In this document: piece after piece, positions 46,868 to 57,224 of the stretch
Layout: each line of letters starts with the position of its first letter
Numbering within the stretch: the first letter of the stretch is position 1
DNA from: Rhodothermaceae bacterium
Lineage (GTDB): Bacteria > Bacteroidota > Rhodothermia > Rhodothermales > Bin80
Reading direction: 5' to 3'
DNA: 64,000 nt
Assembly: GCA_009841335.1 (NCBI GenBank)
Contig: VXLY01000082.1
Span: 86,380-150,379, forward strand
The notes under the pieces: generated by a model
Database searches by the model: none
What the model was told of the DNA's origin: nothing
What the model saw: only the letters and a program-made list of their open reading frames with translations
Translations under genes and position numbers: made by a program

Positions 46868-47932
46868 ATGGTAGATACAATTATTTCCCCCGCATCAAAG
46901 CCACCGGTCCCCTTGCGAAATCACTTGTCTCGCAGGGAAATATTCGACAGATACCGTCGAACAACAGGTGCAACTGAGCGGACCCACTGGCAAATCATCT
47001 ATCTGAAAAATCAAGGCAAGTCCATCAATGACATCATTAACATCACCGGGTACAATGAGGAATGGGTTAGAAACATCGTTCTTCGCTACAATCAGGAAGG
47101 CCCGGATAAGTTTATCAAAGATGAGAGTCTCCCATCCGAAATAAAAGAGGAATACCTGCGTAAGTCCAATGAGTTGAATACTGCGCGCCAGGCACAGCAG
47201 GAAATGCTCGCTGCAAGGATTCCTTCTCATCCCGAATTGGAGATTGATGCATTCCTGAAAACAGCCACCGAAGTTAGCGGTGACTATTACGATTTTTCTC
47301 TTTGCGAAGACGGCAAACTCACCATCGCAATCGGAGATGCAACCGGCCATGGTACGACTGCCGGAATGATGGTCGCTGCAACCAAAGCACTCTTCAAAGT
47401 CCTGTCTACCGAATCAAATCTGCACACAATTGTTCGGCGCATGTCAGAAACTCTTAAGAGCCTGAACCTGCGTAACACGTATATGCACCTCACGCTCGCC
47501 CGCTATGAAAAGGGTGTGCTGCGGCTTATCGTGGCAGGGATGCCCCCTGTTCTGGTATACCGGGCAGCAACGCAAACAATTGAGGACATCGTCCTCAAAG
47601 GCATGCCTCTGGGAAGCTTCACAGAGTTCCCGTACGAAGAGTTTACCATACACCTTGAACCCGGGGATACGGTACTGTTTATGAGTGACGGACTACTTGA
47701 ACTTTTGAGCCCATGCGGAGACATGCTTCAGCTTGACCGAATAAGACGAATCTTTGCCGAAGCAGGCAACCGCTCCCCCAGTGAAGTTATTGTCCATCTC
47801 CGCAAGGCCGGGCTCGCCTGGAGGGCAGAAAGGGCGCTCAATGATGATGTTACTTTGCTAGTACTCAAGCGACGGCTGAATCAGCGAACAGAAAACCCAG
47901 CCGCTACTGCGACGGAGTCGGAAACCTCGTAA
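46868..47932 (+). CDS. PP2C/SpoIIE-family phosphatase fused to an N-terminal transposase-type winged HTH
   Basis: N-terminal THWQIIYLKNQGKSINDIINITGYNEEWVRNIVLRYNQEGPDKF (IS630-type HTH pattern). C-terminal SGDYYDF, IGDATGHGTTAGMM, FMSDGLLE and NDDVTLLVLKR (SpoIIE/PP2C). Confidence 0.75.
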   Translation: MVDTIISPASKPPVPLRNHLSRREIFDRYRRTTGATERTHWQIIYLKNQGKSINDIINITGYNEEWVRNIVLRYNQEGPDKFIKDESLPSEIKEEYLRKSNELNTARQAQQEMLAARIPSHPELEIDAFLKTATEVSGDYYDFSLCEDGKLTIAIGDATGHGTTAGMMVAATKALFKVLSTESNLHTIVRRMSETLKSLNLRNTYMHLTLARYEKGVLRLIVAGMPPVLVYRAATQTIEDIVLKGMPLGSFTEFPYEEFTIHLEPGDTVLFMSDGLLELLSPCGDMLQLDRIRRIFAEAGNRSPSEVIVHLRKAGLAWRAERALNDDVTLLVLKRRLNQRTENPAATATESETS

Positions 47933-48723
47933 TAGAAGGAAGCTTCATAACCCGCTCCTACATACCCAAAACCATTCTCCACATTGGAAAATGTACCTGG
48001 TTCAATCAGCACGTCGGGAGAAAATACATTACCCGGAGGTATCCAATCTCCACTGGAAACAAGCACGATCTGCTCAATTGCTTTGAGCCTTGCATCACTG
48101 GTAGACCCAGTAGCACGAAAGATCTCACGGAATACCTCGCGAACATCTGCATAAACGAGTACTGTGGCAATCTGCCCGCGCTCATTACGCACTTGATCGT
48201 TCGGATACTCAAACGTAAATGTCCCCCTATTGGTATGATAGCGAACACGAATGTTGTTCAATCTGGGGGCATTCTGCCATAGAACCGGTAGATGTACAAA
48301 ACCGGGTGTGATCCTTGGATCTACTAGCTCTGGGATTGATTCGGGAGGCATCTGGACCTCAACCGCAGACATTGCACCATCCGAACGCACCAGTTCCAGC
48401 CGATGACGCTCTTCAAAGTCCGGGCGAAAACGTGCCCAGAATACATGCCCAAAATTATGTCGGCCAAATTGAATAACTGAATCCCTCCATGTATAGACTT
48501 CCCCGGTATGCAGATTTCTGGAGGTAACGCTTGCATCGAGCTGATTTGGTCGTACAACATCAATCGTCTGGTCGATCGCGTATACCCGCACAGCCTGGGT
48601 ATCTGAACGCACGCTCAAATGCCCATACACTGTGTATGCACGTTCGGTACCCAGCACAACATCTACGCTTTCGTCACAGGCACCAAGTACCAGGGCCAAT
48701 ACCAGAAGCCAGAATCGAATCAT
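47881..48723 (-). CDS. DUF4249-like lipoprotein (partner of the adjacent TonB-dependent receptor)
   Basis: Lipobox LVLALVLGACDE. The size and the position immediately downstream (4-nt overlap) of a CarboxypepD_reg TonB receptor are typical for DUF4249. The assignment is mainly contextual. Confidence 0.5.
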   Translation of the reverse strand: MIRFWLLVLALVLGACDESVDVVLGTERAYTVYGHLSVRSDTQAVRVYAIDQTIDVVRPNQLDASVTSRNLHTGEVYTWRDSVIQFGRHNFGHVFWARFRPDFEERHRLELVRSDGAMSAVEVQMPPESIPELVDPRITPGFVHLPVLWQNAPRLNNIRVRYHTNRGTFTFEYPNDQVRNERGQIATVLVYADVREVFREIFRATGSTSDARLKAIEQIVLVSSGDWIPPGNVFSPDVLIEPGTFSNVENGFGYVGAGYEASFYYEVSDSVAVAAGFSVR

Positions 48724-51002
48724 GGCAAATCAACCTTTATCCCGACAGATGGAATGAGCGGTAACTGGTTAGACCGCTCAAGTGTAAAAACATCCAGATA
48801 GAATACATTGGCACGATCGTACACATTGATCACGCTTGCTTGAAGCGTTACCCGTGAGAAACCTATCTGGAACGCGCGATTTACGGAAGCATCCAGCCGA
48901 TGATAGGCCGGCAAAACCCCGTTAAATGGACGCTCATAGATCACACGTCGCTCGCCCGCCTCGGTAAATACATCAACGGAACCATCCATGAGCAGAAACC
49001 CATCAAATCCATAGGCCCGATTAAACGGACGCCCCGACCCAAACTGCCATCGAAGCGAAACATCAAATCCGTAGATACTTGTCGAAAACATCGCATTTAT
49101 CTGATGCCGCCGGTCATGTGCAGGGCGGAATTTGTAGAAAACCTCGTTAAACCAATGGACCAGTTCAGATTGCATGGCTTCATACTCCGTGGAAGCCAAG
49201 CCATAGTTGATATAGGCGTAATAGGGGGCACGCGAATACTCCAAACGCAGATCAAGCCCCAGTACACGCCCGTCTGCCTGCTGGAGCTTCGTAGTCAGAC
49301 GCGGACGAGCAGTCCATTCGGCGATATACAAATTGCTCATGCGTTTGTAGTACGCATCCGTCACAACAGTCACCCCCTCAGCAAGCACCCTCCTGTATCC
49401 CAATATAACATGCAGAGCCCGCGGGATATCTCCTACTGGTACGGCAGTCCATGCCGTAAACACGCTGGCTGCATCTCTTCGATCACTTATACCAACGAGT
49501 TCCTGATGGTACAGCCCTGCTGCCGCGCTGAGTTCATTATTGCCCAAGACAGTTTTTGCGCGCAGCCGAGGTTCAAACAGCAAGCGGCTCTTGCTGGGAA
49601 AATGATGAATCCTCAAACCAGGCGAAATAGATGTGCCGGAGGTGAATTTGAATTCGGGAGCAGCGTATATGCCTGCCTCGGTTACGTACTCGGTTTTTAG
49701 GTCAAGATTTTGATATAGCCCGCCCAATTCACTCTTAAGTGTCAACGAACGTGCAAAGAGTCCCCAATGCAGATCACCTCTATGAGAGTAGTGAGTAACA
49801 TTCGCTTCCATGTTGATTCGACTGGTGCTTGAGGTCCTGATCAGATCTTCGCTTGGGCCCAATTGCATGGTGTGACCCGACCATGACATCAGAAACTCTG
49901 CCAAGACCGGCAGATTGCCCGGCAAGAACAGATAGCGTCCACCCACAGCGTCATTCCACCACCGAACTTCGTCCGGGGCACCAATGCCTCTCGTCCCTCC
50001 TACATTTCCGCGATCATAGGTTTTGATCGCACTGAATGAAACACGGCCATGTTGGTTGGGTCTTCCGTGAATCTTGGCAAACAGGTCGTGGAAGAGCAAT
50101 GGGATATCCTGCCCAATCACGTTTGCCGCGGCATTTTCTACAACTGACTGCCGCGCGGAGGCAATCATCGTGAATCGTCCTCCCGGCACAATTGGCCCTT
50201 CCACGTGGGTACCCAGAAGAAATGGGGAAACCGAACCAGAGGCGGCGAATTGGCTGCTATTGCCATTGCGACTCCAGGCATCCACAACGCTGGAAATTCT
50301 TCCTCCAAACTGCGGACCGAACCCGCCTGCATGTAAATCCACACTCCGCAATACTTCCGATGGGAAAGCCGTGTAGTAGCTGAGAATATGAAAAGGCTGG
50401 TAGATCAGCATTCCATCGAGCAACACCAGGTTCTGTGTTGGCTCACCACCCCGTACATAGAACTGCCCTCCCTGATCCCCCACAAGTACGACACCGGGTA
50501 ATGTAGAAAGATAGGCTGACAGATCAGCTGTAATCTCCGGCATTGGAACACGTTCAATTGCAGCCGGAGTAATGCGTTCGGTGCCTGCACTCAGCAAAGT
50601 CGTACTTCCGCCTGCATTGTCGACGATAGTCAACTGCTGTAACACTAATTCATCTTCTTCCAATACAATGTCCAACTGATGTATCTCCTGGCCCGGCCCA
50701 ATATCCAAGGAATCGACGTACGTGACGTATCCTACATATGAGGTCCGTAGAACATATCTTCCCGGTGTCAGGCGTGGTAACAGATAGAATCCGTCACTGT
50801 CCGTTGCGGCACCAAACGAGACTTCCCCTTCCCCATACAGGACCACGTTAACACCCTCCAAGGGTTCGCCGCTGGTGACTTCCGTAACAAATCCACGCAA
50901 GACCTGCGAAACCGCAGGCAGCGCCGAACATACCGCAAGAACCAGTAAACAGAAGAGTCGGCACATAGCTATGTAAGAACGTAGCCTCCAAATTGTTACC
51001 AT
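48720..51002 (-). CDS. TonB-dependent receptor with N-terminal carboxypeptidase-regulatory-like domain
   Basis: LRGFVTEVTSGEPLEGVNVVL..DSDGFYLLPRLTPGRYVLRTSYVGY (CarboxypepD_reg), a plug region, and a long beta-barrel with a terminal aromatic strand. The probable start is the ATG at 50966 (MCRLFCLLVLAVCS). Confidence 0.85.
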   Translation of the reverse strand: MVTIWRLRSYIAMCRLFCLLVLAVCSALPAVSQVLRGFVTEVTSGEPLEGVNVVLYGEGEVSFGAATDSDGFYLLPRLTPGRYVLRTSYVGYVTYVDSLDIGPGQEIHQLDIVLEEDELVLQQLTIVDNAGGSTTLLSAGTERITPAAIERVPMPEITADLSAYLSTLPGVVLVGDQGGQFYVRGGEPTQNLVLLDGMLIYQPFHILSYYTAFPSEVLRSVDLHAGGFGPQFGGRISSVVDAWSRNGNSSQFAASGSVSPFLLGTHVEGPIVPGGRFTMIASARQSVVENAAANVIGQDIPLLFHDLFAKIHGRPNQHGRVSFSAIKTYDRGNVGGTRGIGAPDEVRWWNDAVGGRYLFLPGNLPVLAEFLMSWSGHTMQLGPSEDLIRTSSTSRINMEANVTHYSHRGDLHWGLFARSLTLKSELGGLYQNLDLKTEYVTEAGIYAAPEFKFTSGTSISPGLRIHHFPSKSRLLFEPRLRAKTVLGNNELSAAAGLYHQELVGISDRRDAASVFTAWTAVPVGDIPRALHVILGYRRVLAEGVTVVTDAYYKRMSNLYIAEWTARPRLTTKLQQADGRVLGLDLRLEYSRAPYYAYINYGLASTEYEAMQSELVHWFNEVFYKFRPAHDRRHQINAMFSTSIYGFDVSLRWQFGSGRPFNRAYGFDGFLLMDGSVDVFTEAGERRVIYERPFNGVLPAYHRLDASVNRAFQIGFSRVTLQASVINVYDRANVFYLDVFTLERSNQLPLIPSVGIKVDLP

Positions 51003-51056
51003 CTTGGACCTTCAGCGTTCAATAAAGGTATCCTCCACCAACAAACTATATTCACC

Positions 51057-51929
51057 GTGGCTAAAATAATTGACGGAAAGGCCATCGCCGCCGAAGTACG
51101 CAGCGAGGTGCGAGACGATGTTGCAAAATGGACCTCTGATGGACATGCTCCCCCCTACCTCGCGGTGATACTGGTAGGCAATAACCCCGCGTCCGCTTCG
51201 TACGTGCGGGGAAAGATCAAGGCGAGTCAGGAGGTCGGAATTGCGGGCGACACGTTAAAGTTTGACGCGAGCATATCCGAAAAGGCCCTGCTCTCTGTCA
51301 TTCAAGACTTAAATGACAGCCCTCATGTGAGCGGAATACTGGTACAGTTACCACTGCCTGATCACCTCGATTCGTCACGAATCATTGCTGCTCTTAACCC
51401 GGACAAAGATGTGGACGGTCTGCATACCGTGAACGCCGGTCGGCTAGTCACCGGTTCTCAAGGCTTTGTGCCGTGCACGCCAGCCGGAATTGTAGAACTG
51501 CTGCTCCGCTCGAACATTCCCACGGAAGGACAGCACGCGGTGATTCTTGGGCGATCGAACTTAGTCGGCCGCCCGCTGGCAAGCCTGCTACTGCGCAAAA
51601 AATACAATTCAACGGTCACCGTTTGCCACAGCAGGACAAAAAATCTCCCTGAAATTTGCCGAACGGCCGACATCCTGGTGGCTGCAATTGGTCGTACCCA
51701 TTTTGTGTCCGCCGACATGATCAAGCCAGGGGCAGCAATTATCGACGTGGGAATCAACAGGGTTGAAGACTCTACACGTAAAAGAGGATATTACCTTACT
51801 GGTGATGTGGACTACAACGCGGCTAAAGAATTGGCTGGCTACATTACTCCAGTTCCAGGTGGTGTAGGACCCATGACCATCGCCATGCTCCTGAAGAACA
51901 CGATGACCGCTGCAAAATTGCTTGGCTGA
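51057..51929 (+). CDS. folD: bifunctional methylenetetrahydrofolate dehydrogenase / methenyl-THF cyclohydrolase
   Basis: GTG start. IIDGKAIA, YVRGKIKA, GILVQLPLP, PCTPAGI, VILGRSNLVGRPLA, PVPGGVGPMTIAML. Confidence 0.95.
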   Translation: MAKIIDGKAIAAEVRSEVRDDVAKWTSDGHAPPYLAVILVGNNPASASYVRGKIKASQEVGIAGDTLKFDASISEKALLSVIQDLNDSPHVSGILVQLPLPDHLDSSRIIAALNPDKDVDGLHTVNAGRLVTGSQGFVPCTPAGIVELLLRSNIPTEGQHAVILGRSNLVGRPLASLLLRKKYNSTVTVCHSRTKNLPEICRTADILVAAIGRTHFVSADMIKPGAAIIDVGINRVEDSTRKRGYYLTGDVDYNAAKELAGYITPVPGGVGPMTIAMLLKNTMTAAKLLG

Positions 51930-52906
51930 TGCAAGTTGCTCCTGCAAACTTACAACCCCAGGACACCACGCAGGTAGCCGATACGACGCTAAGCGCAAGC
52001 GACTCCGTACAGGTGGTCAGCTCGCCGGATACGACGAATTTTACCCAGGATCTCGTGGACGCAGGACTCCTGATTGCCGAAGGTCAGTTTTCGGAAGCCT
52101 GGAGCAAGATGACGTTGGATTTAGCGATAGCCATTGGGGATCTTTGGCCTAAAATTGTAGCGGCATTCGTAGTATTGGCGGTCCTTTATTCGGGCTATCG
52201 TGGCCTTTATAGTTTGCTGCGCCGGATTCTCCGAAGAAGTAACGTTGTCCAGCCCGGCCTGCAATCGCTGCTTATGCAGGGTTTCAGGCTCCTTTCGCTG
52301 ATACTGATTGGTTTTACCTTCTTTCAGACACTGGGAATTGATCTCACAGCACTGATTGCCGGCATTGGTGTAGCAGGTATCGCCTTTGGCTTTGCAGCCC
52401 GGGACACCGTTGAAAATATCCTCTCAGGAGTAAATATCCTGACCGATCAGGCCTTCCGAATTGGTGATACTCTGATTGTAAACGACATCTACTGTGTAGT
52501 TGAACGGATAACCTTACGCACAACGCGCCTTCGAACACCAAAGAACGAAGTCCTAATAGTGCCAAACCAGCAGATGGCTAACGAGAGGATCCTCAACCAC
52601 ACAATTTCAGGGGCGCTTCGAATTGAGATCCCTTTCTCAATCGCTTACAAGGAGCATCCACAACAGGCCCGTACAGTAGTCCTCGCACTCACAGAAGACG
52701 ATCCTCGTCTCATGGAAGATCCGACTCCCAGTGTCGTGGTGACTGCCATGAATGACAGTAGCGTAGATCTAGCTCTTTGGGTTTATGTTGCCAATCCGAA
52801 AGAGGAGCGCCAGATTATCTACTACTACACCGAAGCCATTCGAGAGGGGCTGCGTCAGGCCAATATCGAAATCCCGTTCCCGCACCTCCAGATCATTCAG
52901 GACTAG
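51929..52906 (+). CDS. mechanosensitive ion channel (MscS family)
   Basis: TM helices followed by FAARDTVENILSGVNILTDQAFRIGDTLIV..VERITLRTTRLRTPKNEVLIVPN. A 1-nt overlap with the folD stop (TGATG). Confidence 0.85.
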   Translation: MQVAPANLQPQDTTQVADTTLSASDSVQVVSSPDTTNFTQDLVDAGLLIAEGQFSEAWSKMTLDLAIAIGDLWPKIVAAFVVLAVLYSGYRGLYSLLRRILRRSNVVQPGLQSLLMQGFRLLSLILIGFTFFQTLGIDLTALIAGIGVAGIAFGFAARDTVENILSGVNILTDQAFRIGDTLIVNDIYCVVERITLRTTRLRTPKNEVLIVPNQQMANERILNHTISGALRIEIPFSIAYKEHPQQARTVVLALTEDDPRLMEDPTPSVVVTAMNDSSVDLALWVYVANPKEERQIIYYYTEAIREGLRQANIEIPFPHLQIIQD

Positions 52907-52908
52907 CG

Positions 52909-54258
52909 CTACTGCAGCACTTGGATGGTGCTATAGACAGCCACACCGGCAACAACCAGTATACTCACCCAGAGCCAAACATCATAGAGCCTGGAGGGAC
53001 GCAACTCAGGCGGTGTCCGCCAGCAACGGAAGTGTATCACCGCGGCCACCACAATAACGAGTATCCCCGTTCCTGCGACACCCCCAATAATTACCATTAG
53101 TGTGGGGAGCTTTACCAACAGGAATAACGTCGCCCACAAGATCGGAACAATCCATGCTACAAGTGCTATCGCCCGATGGCGCTGAACCGGGTTCAAGTAG
53201 TCAAGCCAACCCACCTGTGAAAATGCATCCGAAAACAACCGCGTCCAAAGCGCCAGCGCTCCAAACAGCGTTGAAAATAATACGACAAAAGCCCCGACGA
53301 GAAACATTGTCCCCGCCCAGGAACCCAGACTTTGTGTGTACATTTGGGAAAGCGTCGTCACTAGTTCCATGCCCTCGGGCAGAAGACCCTGCTGATGTAG
53401 GATAGCGACTCCCAGTATGTAGAATGCCGCGGTCATGAGCGTGTAGACAACCATAGAAAGGAGTGCATCCATCGTCATTACACGCACCCAGCCATTCGCC
53501 CTTTCAGCCCAAGCTCTGGTATCATTTTTGGGTCCGGTCCAGGCAGCGTACCCTTTTTCAAGAAGCCAGTAGTTGTACCCCATAATTTCGTCACCACCTA
53601 CGCCGGTGATTCCAAACGCTCCAATGACAATCAGTACCAGTTCTGGGGGAAGCTCAAATAGGAATCCACTTGCCAGATCGATCGCACTAAACCTGAAATC
53701 CGTGAATTGCACCGCAACCACGGATGCCAGTGTGAGGAGCGTAAAAAGTCCGATCATGATCACAGAAATGCTTTCGATGGGCTTATAATGCCCCCTGTAA
53801 ATGATCAGCGAGACCACAAATGCTGTCCCAAAACACCACACCCATAAAGGGACCTGTGGCAACACTAGATGCAATACAAGTGCTGTTCCTCCTACGATGC
53901 CCCCGACCTGCAATAGCTTGACGACCATAAGCAGCATCCATGTCCAAATTGACCAGTGAGTGCGCCCAATGCGAGGACCTGGCATACGGCTGAGTGCTTT
54001 CATCGTCGTCTCCCCGTAGAAGATGGTGTGACGTCCGAACTCGAGTTGTACAGCAACCTTTACGAGACAACTCACGAGTATTACCCAAAGCGTTACCCAC
54101 CCAGCTTCAGCGCCTAAACGGGTGGTGGCTATAAGCTCTCCGCTGCCTACTATTGAAGCAGACAGAATGAACCCCGGACCCAAAAAGCGCAACCGCGTAC
54201 GGAAACTCTTCGGAGGAGCTTTAACCGTCTGATCAGATCGTACGTATGGATCCGGCAT
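52909..54258 (-). CDS. Nramp-family divalent metal transporter
   Basis: LRFLGPGFILSASIVGSGELIATT is the N-terminal Nramp-like motif. 449 aa, polytopic. Confidence 0.75.
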   Translation of the reverse strand: MPDPYVRSDQTVKAPPKSFRTRLRFLGPGFILSASIVGSGELIATTRLGAEAGWVTLWVILVSCLVKVAVQLEFGRHTIFYGETTMKALSRMPGPRIGRTHWSIWTWMLLMVVKLLQVGGIVGGTALVLHLVLPQVPLWVWCFGTAFVVSLIIYRGHYKPIESISVIMIGLFTLLTLASVVAVQFTDFRFSAIDLASGFLFELPPELVLIVIGAFGITGVGGDEIMGYNYWLLEKGYAAWTGPKNDTRAWAERANGWVRVMTMDALLSMVVYTLMTAAFYILGVAILHQQGLLPEGMELVTTLSQMYTQSLGSWAGTMFLVGAFVVLFSTLFGALALWTRLFSDAFSQVGWLDYLNPVQRHRAIALVAWIVPILWATLFLLVKLPTLMVIIGGVAGTGILVIVVAAVIHFRCWRTPPELRPSRLYDVWLWVSILVVAGVAVYSTIQVLQ

Positions 54259-54528
54259 GAAATAACGAGCTATGAAACGATGTGCTGTCTCACATAATCA
54301 GATGGAAACCCCGCAAGTTACTGATTTAGACATCTATTTTCCTTTCCCGAGGAGCGATTTTACGCAGATTTGCGACATTGTCCAATTCAGTAATCATGGA
54401 TGCAGCACATCCAGATGCTTCTACGCATCCGAACTCAAATTCCATCATCACCATCGACAACATGCTTTCCCATTACGTATTCCATTTCGTAACTTCAGGG
54501 CGGCAGAAAGGCTGTTTCGCCGATTGTA

Positions 54529-55947
54529 TTGTTCCTCACCAGAAAAATCAGTCCTGTGTTTCGCAATATTATCTTCCTGACCTTTATTGTCCTTATTGTG
54601 GGGTGCAATCACCCCACTGCCCCGAATGTAGTAATCGTTCTGGCGGACGATATGGGATATGGTGATCTTCGCAGTTACAATGTCGATTCCCGTATTCCCA
54701 CACCACACATGGATTCGATTGCCTCGCAGGGAATGCGCTTTACAGATGCACACTCGCCTTCTGCGGTTTGTACACCTACACGATATGCTTTGCTGATGGG
54801 ACGCTATGCATGGAGGCTCCCATCATTGACCTCCGGTGTCACCAATGGCTACTCCCCACTGATTGCTGATACAAGCAGAACCACAATAGCCGATATAATG
54901 TCAGAAGCCGGATACCATACGGCGGCTATTGGCAAATGGCATTTGGGCCTTGGAAGTGTCTCGCCTACCAATTATTACGAACCGATCGTGCCCGGTCCTC
55001 TCTCTTTGGGATTTGATTATTTCTTCGGCATCCCCGCTTCGCTTGACATGGCACCTTATGTCTGGGTTGAGAATGAACAAGTTTCTGCGTACCCTACGGA
55101 GCATGCCGAAAATCCCATCGGCTGTTGCACCGGGAACTTCTGGAGATCGGGGGCCATCGCAACCGATTTTGACCATACGGATGTTTTACCCGAGATTGCT
55201 CGACGAGCATCCAATTACATTCGCGCACAAGCTGCAACAGACGCCCCATTCTTCCTTTATGTCCCGTTAGCTGCACCACACACGCCATGGTTACCCACAG
55301 AAGGCTTTATTGGTACAAGTGAAGCAGGTGAGTATGGTGACTTCGTAGTGATGGTGGATGACGCCATAGGACAAATCGCTGCTGCCCTTACCGAAAGCAA
55401 TCAAACAGAAAACACGCTCCTGCTCATCACAAGTGATAATGGTGCCTACTGGCCACAGGACTTCATTGACCGCTTTCAGCATCGAGCCAATTACTACTGG
55501 CGTGGAATGAAGGCAGATATCCACGAAGGTGGCTATCGCGTCCCTTTGATTGCGCAATGGCCCGGTGTGGTCGCGGCAGGCTCCGTTACTGATCAACTCA
55601 TGGTACACACTGACTTGTTTTCTACGATGGCAGATATCGTCGGTACCGAAATTCGAGGGGAGGACAGCTTTAGCCTGCTCCCTATCTTCATGGGCGGTAA
55701 CGGGACTCGTAAGGAAGCAGTTCATCAATCAGCCCACGGGATGCTTAGTCTCAGACGTGGCCCCTGGAAACTGATTGATGGGCAAGGGTCCGGGGGCTTT
55801 ACCAGGGTAGATACTCTTGCTAGTGACCCTCCTCGCCAATTGTATAACCTGGATGTCGACCCAGGGGAGACAATGAACCAATACGAGAACCGGCCGGAGA
55901 TTGCTTCAGTGCTGATTACTGCACTGGATTCGCTGCGCTCACAGTGA
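54529..55947 (+). CDS. arylsulfatase (paralog of 1504..2925), lipoprotein
   Basis: VLADDMGYGD, SAVCTPTRYALLMGRY, GKWHLG. TTG start with lipobox LIVGCN; an alternative GTG lies at 54556. Confidence 0.9.
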   Translation: MFLTRKISPVFRNIIFLTFIVLIVGCNHPTAPNVVIVLADDMGYGDLRSYNVDSRIPTPHMDSIASQGMRFTDAHSPSAVCTPTRYALLMGRYAWRLPSLTSGVTNGYSPLIADTSRTTIADIMSEAGYHTAAIGKWHLGLGSVSPTNYYEPIVPGPLSLGFDYFFGIPASLDMAPYVWVENEQVSAYPTEHAENPIGCCTGNFWRSGAIATDFDHTDVLPEIARRASNYIRAQAATDAPFFLYVPLAAPHTPWLPTEGFIGTSEAGEYGDFVVMVDDAIGQIAAALTESNQTENTLLLITSDNGAYWPQDFIDRFQHRANYYWRGMKADIHEGGYRVPLIAQWPGVVAAGSVTDQLMVHTDLFSTMADIVGTEIRGEDSFSLLPIFMGGNGTRKEAVHQSAHGMLSLRRGPWKLIDGQGSGGFTRVDTLASDPPRQLYNLDVDPGETMNQYENRPEIASVLITALDSLRSQ

Positions 55948-56003
55948 AGCGACTATTCGTTTGAAAAGATAAGATTCGTTCACACCTCTCCCTTAATCAC
56001 GAA

Positions 56004-57224
56004 ATGAGTCATATACTCATGGCCTGTCAAGTATATCAATCCGAGATGGAAACCTATAAACGCCCCAGAAATATCTCTGCTCGGGAGTGGCGCAAAGTAC
56101 TTGGCTGTTTAATTCTTACTATTTCTTTTCTGCCATCCTGTGCGACTGAAAACATAGGAGGAACTGAGGATTCTAGATCGTATGGATTTGTACTCACCGA
56201 ACTGTTTCGACTTGGTGACGAATCCAGGGGAGACACGATTCTCTTTGGTAGCATTGGAGAGCTCGTAGCTGTTGACGGATCTGGCCGGATTTTCATAGGA
56301 GAGCAACAAGATCCCATAGTCTATGTTCTTGATACAGATGGAGGTCTAATCAAAACAATTGGCCGGGAAGGCAGCGGTCCTGGTGCCTTCTATAGACTGT
56401 CATCTATTCATATAGGTTCAGCCGATACGCTATACATCTTCGACTACAACTTAGGGTATCTGTCGGTATATGAACCGGAGGGGCTAGAACTGGCCTATAG
56501 TATTGCAGTCTCCTATGATGACTCGCTTGGGAAGTCCTACTCTTTAGTCGGCACTCTTGATACGGGTTATCTATTTACGTACGGTCGGCCCATACGAGCC
56601 GGTAGTCCTTCGCGGGAACGACGTATGCACGTTATGCTAGTCACTTGGGCGAGGGAAATTATACATCCTCCTATACATTCTATTCTGGCTGAGGACTGGT
56701 TGAGTGATGCAAACGATGGAAGAGTATATGCATACAGAATGCATTTCCCCATCGGGCGTGAGACCGTTCTGCGTATGGGGCCGAAAGGGAACCTGTATGC
56801 GGGTTGGACGGAATCTATAGACATCGCGGTCGTTTCGCCGGATGGAATCAAGCACGATACTGTCAGACACTCCCTCGCGCCCATTCCTCTGACTCGCCAA
56901 GAGATAAAACTCTTTGCCGAGGAAATATCTGAAGGACCTTTTGATTGGTCTTACGACGTGATTCTTGCTGCCGATCTGCCAGCGACCAAATCCGCATTTG
57001 AGACATTCGTCGTTGACGATCTCGAACGCATCTGGATAAAAACTACTTCGCCGTCGGCAGCCGATACCGCACGCTGGCTCATCCTTGATCAAAAAAGTCA
57101 ATTAAAGGGCGAAATTCGACTCCCCAAACACACGAACCTGCGTGTGATTCGACATGGGCGGGCTTATGCGGTAGATGACAGAGCAGAGAATCATCTGGTT
57201 GTGTACCAAATTCGGGAACAGTAG
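56004..57224 (+). CDS. 6-bladed beta-propeller lipoprotein (paralog of 3651..4934)
   Basis: GREGSGPGAFYRLSSIHI motif and lipobox ISFLPSCAT. The probable start is the ATG at 56046. It lies 56 nt downstream of the sulfatase. Confidence 0.6.
   Translation: MSHILMACQVYQSEMETYKRPRNISAREWRKVLGCLILTISFLPSCATENIGGTEDSRSYGFVLTELFRLGDESRGDTILFGSIGELVAVDGSGRIFIGEQQDPIVYVLDTDGGLIKTIGREGSGPGAFYRLSSIHIGSADTLYIFDYNLGYLSVYEPEGLELAYSIAVSYDDSLGKSYSLVGTLDTGYLFTYGRPIRAGSPSRERRMHVMLVTWAREIIHPPIHSILAEDWLSDANDGRVYAYRMHFPIGRETVLRMGPKGNLYAGWTESIDIAVVSPDGIKHDTVRHSLAPIPLTRQEIKLFAEEISEGPFDWSYDVILAADLPATKSAFETFVVDDLERIWIKTTSPSAADTARWLILDQKSQLKGEIRLPKHTNLRVIRHGRAYAVDDRAENHLVVYQIREQ

Noticed and set aside
48900-49700. 266-aa plus-strand ORF
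   Set aside because: It lies wholly inside, and antisense to, the TonB-dependent receptor gene. Its Arg/Pro/Cys-rich composition is typical of antisense frames.
54259-54528. Looked for a Mn2+ (yybP-ykoY) riboswitch upstream of the Nramp transporter
   Set aside because: Only a small hairpin (GGATG-CAGCA-CATCC at about 54397-54411) is present. I could not find the conserved GGGGAGUAG-type core on the relevant strand.
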